Sequence record: PQ400058.1
Length of the DNA: 38,682 nt
Strand: one strand, 5' to 3'
Origin: a phage
This document shows, one piece after another, positions 38,017-38,682 of the stretch. Numbering within the stretch: the stretch's first letter is position 1; every line of letters starts with the position of its first letter. The notes beneath the pieces are model-generated. The model was given only the letters and a program-made list of their open reading frames with translations. It had not been told where the DNA came from and searched no databases. Made by a program: the position numbers and the translations under genes.

Positions 38017-38682
38017 TTACGCGAACGCGAAGTCTGACTTAAGGATGTCTTGGAGATTCAAGTTACCTTTAGCCGGAAGTGCTGGCATTTTGTCCAATTG
38101 AGACTCATGCAACTGGTCAGCGAACTGGTCATAGAAGTCAGCAAGTACATCACAAGACTCATAGGTGTCCACCATCGTTTCACGCACAGCTTTGAACAGG
38201 TTGGCAGCGTCAGCCGGAATGGTCCCGAAGGAGTCGTGAATCAGTGCAAACGATTCGATTCCATACTTCTCGTGTGCCCACACTACAGTCTTACGCAGAT
38301 GGCTACCGTCTTGGCTGTGTACAAAGTTAGGAGCGATGCCAGACTCCTGCTTGTGAGCGTCAATCTCGCTATCTTTGTTGGTGTTAATGGTCGGCTGTAA
38401 GCGGAACTGACCAAGGAACATCAGGTTCAAGCGAGTCTGAATTGGCTTCTTGTATTCCTGCCACACTGGGAACCCATCAGGAGTTACCCAATGCACAGCG
38501 CAACGCTTGCGAAGAATCTCGCCAGTCTTCTTATCTTTGACCTCAGCAGCCAGCAGCTTAGCGGCAGACTTGAGCCAGTTCATAGCCTCTACAGCGGCTA
38601 CTACAGTCACGCTCACAGCTTCCCAAATCAGTTTCGCCATGTAACCAGCAGCCTGATTCGGTTGAGTGAACATAATACCCTT
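38017..38682 (-). CDS. 1: T7-type RNA polymerase (gene 1), C-terminal 221 codons; 5' part runs off window end and resumes at window start
   Basis: Frame open from 38682 (KGIMFTQPNQAAGYMAKLIWE...) to stop TAA 38017-38019; ends ...LQDILKSDFAFA. Confidence 0.93.
   Translation of the reverse strand, partial: KGIMFTQPNQAAGYMAKLIWEAVSVTVVAAVEAMNWLKSAAKLLAAEVKDKKTGEILRKRCAVHWVTPDGFPVWQEYKKPIQTRLNLMFLGQFRLQPTINTNKDSEIDAHKQESGIAPNFVHSQDGSHLRKTVVWAHEKYGIESFALIHDSFGTIPADAANLFKAVRETMVDTYESCDVLADFYDQFADQLHESQLDKMPALPAKGNLNLQDILKSDFAFA

Overview
The window is a near-complete, circularly permuted genome of a T7-like podophage, shown as the reverse complement of the conventional T7 map, so every gene is on the minus strand. 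Gene 1 (RNA polymerase) is split across the window edges: its N-terminal ~656 codons are at 1..1967 and its C-terminal 221 codons at 38017..38682, with only about 19 nt (Q-PAIDSG-K) missing between them. The physical genome ends (a single collapsed terminal repeat, about 4757..4902) therefore lie inside the window, flanked by phiOL plus host-type A1-A3 promoters on one side and phiOR plus gene 19.5 on the other. I found 17 T7-consensus promoters, Tphi and TE-like terminators, recurring RNase III-type motifs, and a colinear T7 gene set (0.3 to 19.5). Identifications rest on reading the sequence and on recalled T7 protein sequences; no database search was run. Differences from T7 as I recall it: (1) the distal half of tail-fibre gp17 is unrelated to T7 and is followed by an extra Tfa-like chaperone gene; (2) an HNH endonuclease gene sits between phi1.3 and the ligase gene; (3) T7 genes 1.4, 2.8, 3.8, 5.3 and 7.7 are absent, leaving tight junctions; (4) the 0.5/0.6 early region is shorter. 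I see no CRISPR array, tRNA, integrase or other non-phage system; the novelty here is modular variation within a well-known phage family.
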